Source: Patescibacteria group bacterium (GTDB lineage Bacteria; Patescibacteriota; Microgenomatia; CAYGWK01). Taken from it: 64,000 nucleotides of DNA. How positions within the stretch are numbered: position 1 is the stretch's first letter; every line of letters begins with the position of its first letter. The notes beneath the pieces are model-generated. The model had not been told where the DNA came from and made no database searches. It saw only the letters and a program-made list of their open reading frames with translations. Positions 28,492-38,668 of the stretch are shown in pieces. Made by a program: the position numbers and the translations under genes. The stretch is from the NCBI GenBank assembly GCA_049322615.1, contig JBMORX010000002.1:11171-75170 (forward strand), given 5' to 3'.

Positions 28492-30706
28492 ATTGTTGAT
28501 AAAGAATCCAAACACTCCCGCAATAATCATAACCACAGGCAGGACTGCAGGAATCAGACTGATCAGGGTTTGCCTTACACCCTTCAGTTCCGCAAGAGCC
28601 ACAATAGTGATAAGCAGCTTTCCAACGAACAATATCCTCGCTCCAACCCTCACATTCTCCCGTTTCCGTTCCGCTATTTTTCTTAATTTTTTTGGCTGCC
28701 GCCTGCAAGGAAAGATCTAGCCGACAGCGATCCATTAAACTGTATCCGGACATTATCCCTTGCCAGGTTTTCTCTTCAAATTGCATTGGTCCCATAACTG
28801 TTGTTCCCAAGCAAAGACCGGTGGCGGCGCAGGTATCATAACAATAACCGCGCTGAAGTTCTTGGGTACTTGCGCCGATCCACCAATTAGGAGTAGTAAA
28901 CTTTTGGATTTCCTCCTCGGTATAAGACCAGGTTCCACCTGCTTCAACCTGGGAAATAGCCATCAAAAGACCCACAGGCACACACTCCTCGGCGGAGATT
29001 TTGGCAAAAAGATCTTTTAACCCTTGAGATTTAACAGAAATGGCACTTGGAGGAAAGGCTCTCCAGCGAAGGGGATTTACCGGCAAGACAAATGCCCCGG
29101 CGGTGGTCATGACGATAAAGAAAGTTAGAGCAGATATTCCTCCAAAGATAGCCAGGACCAAAGCTGTCACTGGCGCGGTTGAGGCAGGAAGAGTAAAAAG
29201 AGTAGTAAAAAAAGAAACTGTTCCAGAAGCAAAACTAACCAGAGCACCACTTACTGCTGAGATAATTCCTGGAAATGTCATTGCTGCTAGAGAACCAAGA
29301 CCTATGGTTAAAAGCCCGAGACCCAAGGAAATACCACCAATTGAGATAATAAATGCCCCGGCGGCAGCCAAAGCCGCAGCAATCGCCATGGCAATATTCT
29401 TTTTTTGCTCTTTTAATTTATTCCAGATAAATTTAGCCGCATCCAAAACTAAAGAGGCAACTGCCAAAACCTTGCTAACTACTGGTTCAGGTAAGGCGGC
29501 TAACCCCAGTTTTGTTAAAATCCAAGACGCGGCTTTTTTGATTGCCAGAGCCCCAAGTTTGGTAAGAATTGGCTTGACTGCCTTTTGATAAACAGCGCTT
29601 TTAACTCCTTCCAAACTTTTTGCTTTACCAAAAGACAAGATTCTGGTAAAAGTATCAGGAAGACTAAAATGAACGACGGTTTTTTCTGGGGCAATTTGTA
29701 TTTTTTGATAAAACCGAAGGTTAGTTCCAAAACTGTTTAGAGTTTGCCTTAAAGTCCAAGAATAGCCTGTTTTTTTTGCCCAGACAGGAAGTTGGGAAAG
29801 TCTGGGAAGGTAAATGTTTATTTCCGGTAAAAAAATTTGCCTCCGACCAGTAATTTTTGAGAACTCATGGTAATTTTTAAGAATTCCCGCAAAAATTCGG
29901 TGAGTATTTTCAAAGGTTTCAAAATCTTTTCTTTTTTTCGTAAGTTTTAAGAGTTTTGGATGGTCAAGAGGAAGTCCAGCTTCCTGGAGGGCGGTGAGAC
30001 TTGCTTCGATGTCTTTGGCAGTTAGACCTTGATGAAGCATTTCTCTAAAAATGGAAACCGCCTGTCTTTCTGGAGGAACTTTTTTGGCGGTTTCGATTAA
30101 GAGTTGGTCGCCAGCAATTTTGTCGAAAACCTGAATAGTTTTAACGATTGGCGAAAGGGCAACCTTTTTGGTAAAAGAAAAAGCGGCCCGAGGCTCAAAG
30201 ATAGTAAAAACAGGGATAAAGGCAACCCTTTCTTCTTCGCTTGCCAGTTTTTCGGCAGCTTCAGAAGGTAAAGTTTCGATTGGTGGCGGAACGGCTTTTT
30301 TAATTGGCTTTGGAGCAGGACCAGCCAGGGGAACAACAATTTTTCTTTTAGCCAGTCTTTCTTGTTCTTTTCTAAATCTTATGACATCTTGTTTTGCCTT
30401 TTGGAGAATTCTTTCTTCTTGCTCTTTACCTATTTTTAATTGTTCAACTAGGATATCTAAATTTTGAGGAATATTTGGAGCTGGCTGTTCTGGGGGTTGG
30501 AACAAAATCTCCTCAAGTTTTGATTGAACAGCAGATAAAAATTCTGGATCATCAGGTTTAAGACTAATTCCTAATTCTTGGGCAAATCTGACAACCTCCG
30601 CAAAGGCAGTTTTTCTGTCGATTTCTTTAATTGTCCAGGTTTTCTGCTGAAGAGCGTAGACTAAAATTTGGAGCTTTTGATATCTCTGGCGAAGTTCTTC
30701 GTTCAT
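28478..30706 (-). CDS. Membrane protein with a C-terminal lysozyme/lytic-transglycosylase-like Cys-rich domain (VirB1-like role inferred)
   Basis: LLMAISQVEAG (catalytic Glu candidate) and MGPMQF...TW after TM helices. Confidence 0.65.
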   Translation of the reverse strand: MNEELRQRYQKLQILVYALQQKTWTIKEIDRKTAFAEVVRFAQELGISLKPDDPEFLSAVQSKLEEILFQPPEQPAPNIPQNLDILVEQLKIGKEQEERILQKAKQDVIRFRKEQERLAKRKIVVPLAGPAPKPIKKAVPPPIETLPSEAAEKLASEEERVAFIPVFTIFEPRAAFSFTKKVALSPIVKTIQVFDKIAGDQLLIETAKKVPPERQAVSIFREMLHQGLTAKDIEASLTALQEAGLPLDHPKLLKLTKKRKDFETFENTHRIFAGILKNYHEFSKITGRRQIFLPEINIYLPRLSQLPVWAKKTGYSWTLRQTLNSFGTNLRFYQKIQIAPEKTVVHFSLPDTFTRILSFGKAKSLEGVKSAVYQKAVKPILTKLGALAIKKAASWILTKLGLAALPEPVVSKVLAVASLVLDAAKFIWNKLKEQKKNIAMAIAAALAAAGAFIISIGGISLGLGLLTIGLGSLAAMTFPGIISAVSGALVSFASGTVSFFTTLFTLPASTAPVTALVLAIFGGISALTFFIVMTTAGAFVLPVNPLRWRAFPPSAISVKSQGLKDLFAKISAEECVPVGLLMAISQVEAGGTWSYTEEEIQKFTTPNWWIGASTQELQRGYCYDTCAATGLCLGTTVMGPMQFEEKTWQGIMSGYSLMDRCRLDLSLQAAAKKIKKNSGTETGECEGWSEDIVRWKAAYHYCGSCGTEGCKANPDQSDSCSPACGYDYCGSVWILYQQYASQ

Positions 30707-30708
30707 TT

Positions 30709-32568
30709 TTAGGTTAATTGTGGTTCTACAGGTTTAGTTTGTGAAATCGGTTCCTGAACTTGTTCTTGTTGCATTCTTAATAATTCTTCTGGTTTTGAAG
30801 TAATCAGCCTATGTTCATCAGGTGAGGCAATAACTTGAATGGCGACGTGATTGGCGCCGGCAAAAAATAACCCTTCGCCAACATTGGCCGCCAAAAGTAA
30901 ATGTTTTTCGCCCTCGGAAAGATAAAAAACCTGAGCCACCTTATCAATGGCGGCCGGTGACTGTTTCATTAAAACCTGAATTGAAGAGTTGGTGACAATT
31001 GCCTTACCGTAATCAGAGCCCAAAAAATCCTCAACATCCTGGGTAGTCGTCGTTAGTCCCAGGAAGTATTTTCTTGCTCTTTTGGCAATTGAATATAAAA
31101 AGGTGGCCGAGTCCGGATATCTCATTAAATACCAAGCCTCATCAACAATAAGAATTCTTTTTTTCATTTCCTTTCTTATTTTTGTCCAGATAAAGTCAAG
31201 GATTATAAACATGGCAATTGGACGGAGAGCCTCCTCCAGGTTTTTTAGAGAAAAAACCGTAAAAGTATTTTTGATGTCAATATTTGACCTTTGGTCAAAA
31301 ATACCCACAAATGAGCCTTTGACAAATTTTTCAATTCTATCCGCCAAACCCTTGGCTTCCGGCTCTTCCATGCCAATTAAAGCTTTGTATAAATCCTCCA
31401 TCAAGGGCGGTTCATTTTTTTGGGTCGCCGGTTCAGGAGTGATTCCCTTCATTTTGTAGGTTAAAACCAGGGCGCGATCTAAGGTTGCTTCTTCAGAGGC
31501 AGAGAGTTGTCCCATAATGACTTTAAAAAGTGAATGAAGAGATAAAATTTTCAAGCCCAGTTCGTTTTCGCCTTCCTCATAAACGGTTGATAAATCAAAG
31601 GGATTAATTTTAGCCGGTTCATTAAAGCCAAATTGAATGTATTCGCCGCCAATCGCCTGGCAAAGAGTTTTGTATTCAGCCTCTGGATCAATTATTAGAA
31701 TTTCCGTGCCAAACATCAAGGAGCGCAGAGCCTCAAGTTTGACCAGGTACGATTTACCGGATCCGCTTTTGCCAAAAATCACCGAGTTGGCATTCTCTAA
31801 AGTAAACCTGTCAAAAATAATTAAACTTCCGTTGTGCTCGTTTAAGCCATACATTATTCCCTCATTAGCCGTTAGTTCCGAGGAAGTAAAAGGAAAGGTT
31901 GAAGCCAAGGAGGTGGTGTCCATATTGCGGGTAATTATTAGTTTGTCAACGCATAAAGGCAGAGTGGTCTTAAAGCCATCCTCCATCTGGAGGGTTGCGT
32001 GTTTTGAGATAATTAAAAGGGCCCCTAAGGCGGACTCAACTTGTTTTGAAAGATGATTTAACTCCTCCAGGGAGTCAGCCGGAATAGTGATATAAAGACC
32101 AAACTGGAAAAAGCGTTCGATTCCCTTAACCAGCTGTTCTTGTAAAGCCCGGGCATCCTCAAGTTTGGCTTGAGTTTGAGGGTCAATAATTTTCCCCTGT
32201 TGAATATCGGTTGAGATTTCCGCCTCCATTTCCGTAATTTTTCGGCGCAAATCGTCAAGGACCGTCTTTCCCTCAACCGGATAGACAAACATCGAGATAT
32301 CAAGCGAATGGTCAAAGGTGATTAGGGGCGAGAGCCAATTGGCAGAGACAAATCTTGGATAGCCGGCGACAAAAAGAGTCCGAAAATAGGTATTGTTGAT
32401 TTTTATATAGTCAAAATCAACCTCAATTGCCGAAGGAGCAATAACATCTTGGACGGAGACCATTCCTTGACCAAGCCTAAGACCGCTATCGGAAATTGGG
32501 ATTTTTACTTGATTTTCTCCTTGACCGTTTGTCCGCTGATTGGCGGATTTAAAAAATGGTAAGTTCAT
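30709..32568 (-). CDS. VirB4-like ATPase
   Basis: GKSGSGKS, IIDPEAEY, INPFD, ILIVDEAW, KRARKY, TQDV.DF. Confidence 0.92.
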   Translation of the reverse strand: MNLPFFKSANQRTNGQGENQVKIPISDSGLRLGQGMVSVQDVIAPSAIEVDFDYIKINNTYFRTLFVAGYPRFVSANWLSPLITFDHSLDISMFVYPVEGKTVLDDLRRKITEMEAEISTDIQQGKIIDPQTQAKLEDARALQEQLVKGIERFFQFGLYITIPADSLEELNHLSKQVESALGALLIISKHATLQMEDGFKTTLPLCVDKLIITRNMDTTSLASTFPFTSSELTANEGIMYGLNEHNGSLIIFDRFTLENANSVIFGKSGSGKSYLVKLEALRSLMFGTEILIIDPEAEYKTLCQAIGGEYIQFGFNEPAKINPFDLSTVYEEGENELGLKILSLHSLFKVIMGQLSASEEATLDRALVLTYKMKGITPEPATQKNEPPLMEDLYKALIGMEEPEAKGLADRIEKFVKGSFVGIFDQRSNIDIKNTFTVFSLKNLEEALRPIAMFIILDFIWTKIRKEMKKRILIVDEAWYLMRYPDSATFLYSIAKRARKYFLGLTTTTQDVEDFLGSDYGKAIVTNSSIQVLMKQSPAAIDKVAQVFYLSEGEKHLLLAANVGEGLFFAGANHVAIQVIASPDEHRLITSKPEELLRMQQEQVQEPISQTKPVEPQLT

Positions 32569-33260
32569 GGTATTTTTTTCTCCATTGCCGGTTGGACAAA
32601 AGGGGTAGTATATTCCTGACCGGCGGCTAGTTTTTGAAATCCCAAAGAGGGGTTGTAGATATCATAAAAAAGCTGGATTGCCTCCTGGGTTGAAACCTCT
32701 CTGGTTTTTAAGCCTAAACGGTTAAACTGTCTTGAGAGATGATCGCGTTTTGGATAAAGATTCATTTTTGCCCGTTCTAGAATATAATCTTTGGGATATG
32801 GAAGACCCTTTTTTCTTTGCAAAACCTGTCCCAGCGCTTGGGTGGCGCCAAGCTCCAAAGTCGAAAAGGGGATAACCACATAAAAACTTTTATCCAAAAC
32901 ATTATTTTTTTTAACCGTGTCTTCAACAAATTTTTGGTATTTTTTCATTTGTTCTGCCAAAAGTTTATTTACCTGTTTTGAGATTTCTCCTTCTAAAAGT
33001 TTTAAATAAGAGGTAACGTCCTTTCTTTTTGAACGGATAACAATTTCAATTGGAAAAGTTAAGGAATTCAAAAGGGCAGCATAGGCGAAGATTAAGGCAT
33101 CTTGCTCTTTTTCGGACAGAAGACCAAAGTTAATCGCCGTCGTCGCCAAAATTAGACAGCATGAGCCGTCTTTTAAAATAACAATATTATCTTTAATATC
33201 CTCAATTTCCAAGTGTTCTTGGGTTGAGGCGCGGATGGGAATTTTTAAGGGATCAGGCAT
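32565..33260 (-). CDS. Conserved CPR T4SS-associated protein (VirB4/TraC N-terminal-like)
   Basis: STQEHLEI..I.D, INF.LLS..EQ.A...Y...LNSL. Start set at MPDPLK. Confidence 0.7.
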   Translation of the reverse strand: MPDPLKIPIRASTQEHLEIEDIKDNIVILKDGSCCLILATTAINFGLLSEKEQDALIFAYAALLNSLTFPIEIVIRSKRKDVTSYLKLLEGEISKQVNKLLAEQMKKYQKFVEDTVKKNNVLDKSFYVVIPFSTLELGATQALGQVLQRKKGLPYPKDYILERAKMNLYPKRDHLSRQFNRLGLKTREVSTQEAIQLFYDIYNPSLGFQKLAAGQEYTTPFVQPAMEKKIP

Positions 33261-33372
33261 AGTTAAATAAGCAAATAAGCAAATAAGCAAATGACAAATG
33301 ATGAATTTGATACTTGAAATTTGTAATATTTGGAATTGATTTGTTTATTTGTCATTTGTAATATTTGTTTAT
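33261..33372. repeat. Intergenic inverted 8-mer repeat (GCAAATAA)
   Basis: aaataagcaaataagcaaataagcaaatgacaaatg ... atttgtttatttgtcatttg. Confidence 0.7.
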
Positions 33373-34406
33373 TTGGCCTTAATTTCAATAGGTTGAATGA
33401 TCTCGCCCCTAAGAGTGATTTTAACGATATCAAAGTCCAAACCTTCCTTTTCCGTTTCAATATCATAAGTGCCGGAAGGTAAAGGGGTGGCAATCCTGAA
33501 TTGACCAAGTTTATTGGTCCTCAAAGCCCTAACTGGATTTCCTTGTTCATCCCGAATTTCCATAATTGCTCCTTCAACAATTTTTTCCTCCCTATCTTTG
33601 ACAATGCCAACCAAAATATTGGGAATTGAGGGAACTGAAGGAAAGAGAGATTCAGGAGCAAGTTCGGCGGGTTTGGCTTGCCCGCCATAGCCCGGAGGGC
33701 GAAGGCGGGTTGGCTTTAGGAATGGTTTTTGAGGAGTATATCCTGGTATGGGAACAACCTGCCGTGCGTCACCAAAGGTTATGCCGGCGGCGCGGGGTTG
33801 AACTTCCTCAACTGGCGCAAGGCGCGGAGGTTCTTCTTTTTCAACAAAAGGCACACCAAGCCGACGAATCCTTATTCCTGCCGGTTCTTCAGCCTCCTCA
33901 AGAGGCTTTGCCTCAACCTGGATCCCTTGGGGAAGAGAAGTTAGTGAAAAAAGGTTAGTTACTTGCTTTAGGAATCCTTCTTCTTTTTGGTCAAGAAGGC
34001 TTTTTTGAACTGGTAAGGTTTGGAGATATTCAACAAGTTTTCCTCGATCTTGAGTAACGGGAACAGTTACCAGTTTTGACGGTCGAGCAGGTCTTGGTTC
34101 TAAGAATTCTGGTTTTTTTGGTTTTTTTTGCCAAAGAAACTGGGTCGGAGAGTAAACCGCTTTAAAAAAGGCAATTATCCAGGTTTGCAGAGGTCTTTCC
34201 TCAAAAGGTAAAAACGCCATTGCCGCTCCCAAACAACCGAAGAATATGATCAGAGGCCATTTGAAATAAGAAGGCAGACCGGAAGCATAAATAATAAGGG
34301 CAATTACCACCCCTCCGGCAAGTTGGAAAAATTGCTTTAAGGTCATATCGCCAACTAGGCGGAATTCGTAAGATGATATTTGTTGTGGGACAGGATGTTG
34401 TTCCAT
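33369..34406 (-). CDS. PrgI family protein with a C-terminal beta-sandwich domain
   Basis: QHPVPQQISSYEFRLVGDMTLKQF, two TM helices, RPL..W. Confidence 0.85.
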   Translation of the reverse strand: MEQHPVPQQISSYEFRLVGDMTLKQFFQLAGGVVIALIIYASGLPSYFKWPLIIFFGCLGAAMAFLPFEERPLQTWIIAFFKAVYSPTQFLWQKKPKKPEFLEPRPARPSKLVTVPVTQDRGKLVEYLQTLPVQKSLLDQKEEGFLKQVTNLFSLTSLPQGIQVEAKPLEEAEEPAGIRIRRLGVPFVEKEEPPRLAPVEEVQPRAAGITFGDARQVVPIPGYTPQKPFLKPTRLRPPGYGGQAKPAELAPESLFPSVPSIPNILVGIVKDREEKIVEGAIMEIRDEQGNPVRALRTNKLGQFRIATPLPSGTYDIETEKEGLDFDIVKITLRGEIIQPIEIKAK

Positions 34407-34470
34407 GGCACGTAAAAGTTTGCTTAACGTGCCTACCGCGTTTTAATCTAAAGGATTTATTACGCGGTGG
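34407..34470 (+). mobile_element. Double-hairpin palindromic element abutting the PrgI start codon
   Basis: ggcacgtaaaag..acgtgcc-t-accgcgt..ttacgcggtgg, same architecture as 8027-8100. Confidence 0.65.
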
Positions 34471-34673
34471 GCAGTAATTACCTTTTTATACTAATCTATT
34501 CTAAATTCACTTCAAAGCCAATTCAAGTAGTTCAAAACAGGTCAAACTACAAACAAAATATGGCATGTTAGAAATTAGAAGATTAATTTAGCGAAGTGAC
34601 TAGTGTAAAATTTCAAAAATTAACTAATCCTTTACCCTTCTCGTTCCGATATGCTATAATTTGAATGTGACAA

Positions 34674-35045
34674 ATGATTTACAACAAGAATATTAAAAAA
34701 ATCTTAACCAGTCTCTTAGCTTATAAGCCAGAAAAAGTGATTCTTTTTGGTTCGGCCGCCTGGGGGAAGTGGAAACCGGGAAGTGATCTTGATTTTTTTA
34801 TTATTAAACGAACAAATAAACCGCATACCGCAAGAGTCTGGGAGGTTGAAGAGATTTTATTTGATAAAATGGATGTTCCTGTAGATGTGGTTATTTATAC
34901 GCCTGAAGAAGTAAAATATGCCCAGAGAATAAGAAGTATGTTTATCGAGGAGATTTTAAAGAAAGGGAAGGTACTTTATTTTGAACCGCCAAAAGGCGGA
35001 GAAAAACAAGGTTCTCCGACGAAAGTCGGAGGTTCTTATGGCTAG
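34674..35045 (+). CDS. MNT minimal nucleotidyltransferase
   Basis: VILFGSAAWG....SDLDF. The C-terminus is extended by a palindromic insert. Confidence 0.88.
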   Translation: MIYNKNIKKILTSLLAYKPEKVILFGSAAWGKWKPGSDLDFFIIKRTNKPHTARVWEVEEILFDKMDVPVDVVIYTPEEVKYAQRIRSMFIEEILKKGKVLYFEPPKGGEKQGSPTKVGGSYG

Positions 35046-35300
35046 CCTTAAGAATGACCTGCGACCAGAAGCGGCGGCTCGCTGGCTTATCTTTTGACTC
35101 TCTGTGCTAAAATCGATAAAGAATTTTTAAAGCTAAAAGAAAACTGTAAAATTTTAGACCCCTATTATATTGAGACAAGATATCCTCTTGATATTCCAAT
35201 TACTTATTCCAAGGAGCAGGTAAAGCAAGCGGTTGATTTGGCGGGAGAGATTGTTGAGTTTGTGGGAAAAAGGATTGGAAAGACTAAGAGAGAAAAATAG
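35038..35300 (+). pseudogene. HEPN gene with an internal deletion and frameshift
   Basis: The ATG at 35038 reads MASLKNDLRPEAAARWLIF*. The C-terminal LTLC..YYIETRYP portion resumes in another frame. Confidence 0.75.
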
Positions 35301-35438
35301 ACCTTAAAATTACTCCAAATCCGCCAAAATATAGCAATTTTCTTACCCTTCTTGCCCTTTGTCCCCCTGGCTTTAATTGGGCTATATTTTGAAGAGAATA
35401 TTTAAATTTTCAGATATTTGTGATAATATTAAAACAGA

Positions 35439-35627
35439 ATGGGAGATGGACTTTTAATCAAAACAACTCGGGATTTTATCGTTGTTAAAATTCCCCGCAA
35501 ATTAATCTACGCAAGGAAAAAGATATCTTTAACCGTGGCAAAGGCTTTGGCTATTTTTAAGAAAGGCAAAGAAGAATACCGCCGTGGGAAACTTACCCCC
35601 GTTTCTTCCCTGAAAGAGATTTCTTAA
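35439..35627 (+). CDS. Small antitoxin
   Basis: G.EEY..GK...V.SL.E pattern directly upstream of the RelE-like gene. Confidence 0.7.
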   Translation: MGDGLLIKTTRDFIVVKIPRKLIYARKKISLTVAKALAIFKKGKEEYRRGKLTPVSSLKEIS

Positions 35628-35633
35628 GAGAAA

Positions 35634-35909
35634 ATGAAAATCTGCCCAATCCGCCTGATTTATCCTACCTCAAGATTTAAACAATCGTTTAAGAAATTAA
35701 CTCCGAAAATTCAGAAATTGGCCACTGAAAAAGATGAAATTTTTCGGAAAAATGCCTTTGATCCAAGACTGCGCACCCACAAACTTAAAGGAAGACTTAA
35801 AAATTACTGGTCTTATTGGATAAACGAAGAATACCGAATAGTTTTTGAGTTTGTCGGAAAAGATATTGTTCTTTACCAGGATATTGGTACTCATGAAATC
35901 TACCAGTAG
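35634..35909 (+). CDS. RelE/YafQ-family mRNA interferase toxin
   Basis: F.P.LRTHKLKG....WS..IN..YRI.F, DIGTHEIY. Confidence 0.88.
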   Translation: MKICPIRLIYPTSRFKQSFKKLTPKIQKLATEKDEIFRKNAFDPRLRTHKLKGRLKNYWSYWINEEYRIVFEFVGKDIVLYQDIGTHEIYQ

Positions 35910-36079
35910 TTTTTAAAAATATTTCCCCTTTACTCTTCCCTCTTTTACTTACTCTATTTCTCTATTGCTTGGTAGCTCGGTCGCCCTGTTGCTCTGTGGT
36001 TTTATTGCTCAGCCGCTTGATTGCTATCTTCTTTACCCTTTTCGCCTTAATATGCTATAATTTACCCAGGAGAAAAAAT

Positions 36080-36643
36080 ATGCCCGACGAGATAGGAAAG
36101 GAAAATATGCTAACTCCAGAACAACAGCCAAAACAAGAAAAAGCCGCACGACTTGAAAGGGAGGAAAAATTAAGAATCGCCAAAGAGAAAATTCCACTGC
36201 TTTTAGGGGTCCTCGAGAAGTTTCGATGTCGAGAATTACTTACCCAAATTAGAGATGAGATTTGGAGATTAGGCGAAGTTTCTATTGCTCCGGAATTGAA
36301 TAAAATTGATCATGATACAGCACTCAAAGCAGAGGTAATTTTAAAAATACAATGGCCGGTTTTCATAGAAAAAGGAAGGAGCTATAATTCTGCGTCAGAG
36401 AGCTTTGATGAATGGGGTGATCATTTAAGCGTACATGAGGAACTTTTAGTGATTAGAGCCGTATATGGAGAGAAAGAGCAAATTTTTATAAAAATTGCGG
36501 ATGATTACTGGGGTCACGAGAAAGGATCTATAATGTCTGCTGATCCAGAAGCGCCCAGAAAACTTGAAGAGCTTTTAATAGAAGACTACCTAAGGCGGTG
36601 GGATGACTTATACAGCAGGAAGAGTCAGCCCCCATACGATTAG
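36080..36643 (+). CDS. Hypothetical protein, possibly truncated by a TAG
   Basis: Start set at MPDEIG. The frame stays open for 40 more codons, to 36766. Confidence 0.6.
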   Translation: MPDEIGKENMLTPEQQPKQEKAARLEREEKLRIAKEKIPLLLGVLEKFRCRELLTQIRDEIWRLGEVSIAPELNKIDHDTALKAEVILKIQWPVFIEKGRSYNSASESFDEWGDHLSVHEELLVIRAVYGEKEQIFIKIADDYWGHEKGSIMSADPEAPRKLEELLIEDYLRRWDDLYSRKSQPPYD

Positions 36644-36894
36644 AGAAAGGCAGAAGATGAAGCTATTATTATTGAGGCCATAATTAATAGAGGCTTCAAG
36701 CCGCCAGAAGGATTTGAATACTTTTTGGATCTTGCAGAAAAAAGAAAAAGATCAATCAAGGGCTAAACGAAAACAATAATTTTTAATTCTTCTATTTTTA
36801 CCCTCCCGCTCTTTTGTCCTTTTACTCTAATATGATATAATTTGAGTGTAGCGAAAATTTCAAACTTTGCTTATAATTAGAGTAGGAGATTCTT

Positions 36895-38658
36895 ATGGCT
36901 GAAATTAGTCCAGAAGCAAGGATGGTGACCCTTCCAGACTACATTGGGGCAGTATTCGAAACGGGAAGGCTCAAGTCTTATGCATACGACTGGACTGAAA
37001 AAAAACACGTGGTTCCCCTTGTAGACGTTTCGAAGGAAGAAGATAGAAACGTTTGGATGTTGGAAAATATGAGGGTTTTTGCCGATGGGACTGTAGCCAA
37101 TCCATGTCTTGGATGGAAAGGGATTATTGATACTTGGTTAACCGACCTGAGAATAGCAGCGACAAGGTCTTCTTCTCCCATAGAAAGGGAAAAACTTAGA
37201 AAAACGGAGATGGATATCAAAGCCATGATGGCTATTTCCGCTTCTGCAAGAGCGATGGAAATGTCAGGGGGGTCAGCGGCACAATATGCAAGCTTTATAG
37301 CCCCAGGGAGGGAGGGTCCAGATTTAGACAAACAAGACTCCTGGAAGGAATTTTTACTTCATAAGGACCCGGAAAAACTTAATCGTGTATTAGAAAATTC
37401 TTTGGTGCAGCACTACCATGAAAGATTAATTGAAGATGCAGGTATTGCTGGTTTGACAGAATGGCACAAGGTAGATTCTGAATGGTATTCCTCAAGTTGG
37501 GTAGTCGATAAAGAAAGGGCTTTTGCTGGCCAATTGATAGAATATTTGAAGTCGGAAAATAGCCTAGACGAATATATTGATAGATTCTTACTAGCAAAAA
37601 AAGATGAAGATGGATTTAAGAGAGATTGTCAGGCAAAATACGGAAAGAAGGATAAGTGTGGAAAAGAACTTAGAGAGGGAATTGGAGATAGGGCAAGATG
37701 GGCGGCAGCCAAACTGGCTTGTGATGCTTTTTTGGTGGACAAATATACTCGGTGGCAATTTCAGCTAGAAAACATGATAGAAAATGAACAAAAAGAAGTG
37801 GAGAAGATGTCAGATAAAACGCAAAAAGAAGATAAATTAAAGGCGTTAGAAGAGCAAAGGAAGGCATTAAAAGATATGAAACCATTTCCGGGATGGGGTG
37901 GAGATCCGTTGCGGGCTGTTCTAGAACCATCCTTTTTGCCTAGGCGGATTAAAAAGGTGTATCGAGAAGAAGATAAGGCAATCTTAGATATGACAGATCT
38001 CGCCTTTCGGCCCGATGATATTTTTAATAAGGAGGAAAAGCTTAAAGGAAAATTGCTGCCAGCATCCATGATTGTTCATCTGAAGGATTATGCTCGTTAC
38101 AGCGACGCCTTGTGGACATTTCTGGGCAATTCTAGGGGAATAGCGATCCCACAATGGACTAAAGATGTAATGGGGAAAGATTTACCGACGATTGCCGAAT
38201 TGCTCGATCAAGTATATGGAGGAATGGATAAACCGAAATCAAAGACAGGCAAACACCCCATTGGCAAACACATTGTTGGGGCAATGATGGCAAGGATACT
38301 CCACTGTAAAGCCCTGGCGATAGCCATCGAGTCTGCTCGTCCAGGTTTTAAAGAAGACCTGACAATACTTTTTGGCGAAACAAAAACAGCTAGACCATTT
38401 TTGGAAATCGAGCAATTCCTTTGGGGCCCCAATCTTGATGCCAAAATGGGGTTTTTGGTTTCGTTGGCAGCCGGAAGAACGAGGTTTGTCTTTAAAGACA
38501 ATGATTTTGAAGCAGAAAAAACATTAAAAGATACGGCAGAGATTTTATTAACCAATGACCAGGATCCTAAAGGAAGGGGGAGAGCAAAAACCTTAAATCA
38601 AATCGGTTTTGTTTTAGATGTTATACAAGCCATAGCTGCCGAGGGAAAACGAAAGTAA
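36895..38658 (+). CDS. Hypothetical protein, 587 aa
   Basis: Long ORF with an AGGAG RBS; no recognised motif. Confidence 0.75.
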   Translation: MAEISPEARMVTLPDYIGAVFETGRLKSYAYDWTEKKHVVPLVDVSKEEDRNVWMLENMRVFADGTVANPCLGWKGIIDTWLTDLRIAATRSSSPIEREKLRKTEMDIKAMMAISASARAMEMSGGSAAQYASFIAPGREGPDLDKQDSWKEFLLHKDPEKLNRVLENSLVQHYHERLIEDAGIAGLTEWHKVDSEWYSSSWVVDKERAFAGQLIEYLKSENSLDEYIDRFLLAKKDEDGFKRDCQAKYGKKDKCGKELREGIGDRARWAAAKLACDAFLVDKYTRWQFQLENMIENEQKEVEKMSDKTQKEDKLKALEEQRKALKDMKPFPGWGGDPLRAVLEPSFLPRRIKKVYREEDKAILDMTDLAFRPDDIFNKEEKLKGKLLPASMIVHLKDYARYSDALWTFLGNSRGIAIPQWTKDVMGKDLPTIAELLDQVYGGMDKPKSKTGKHPIGKHIVGAMMARILHCKALAIAIESARPGFKEDLTILFGETKTARPFLEIEQFLWGPNLDAKMGFLVSLAAGRTRFVFKDNDFEAEKTLKDTAEILLTNDQDPKGRGRAKTLNQIGFVLDVIQAIAAEGKRK

Positions 38659-38668
38659 AATTTAGCGA

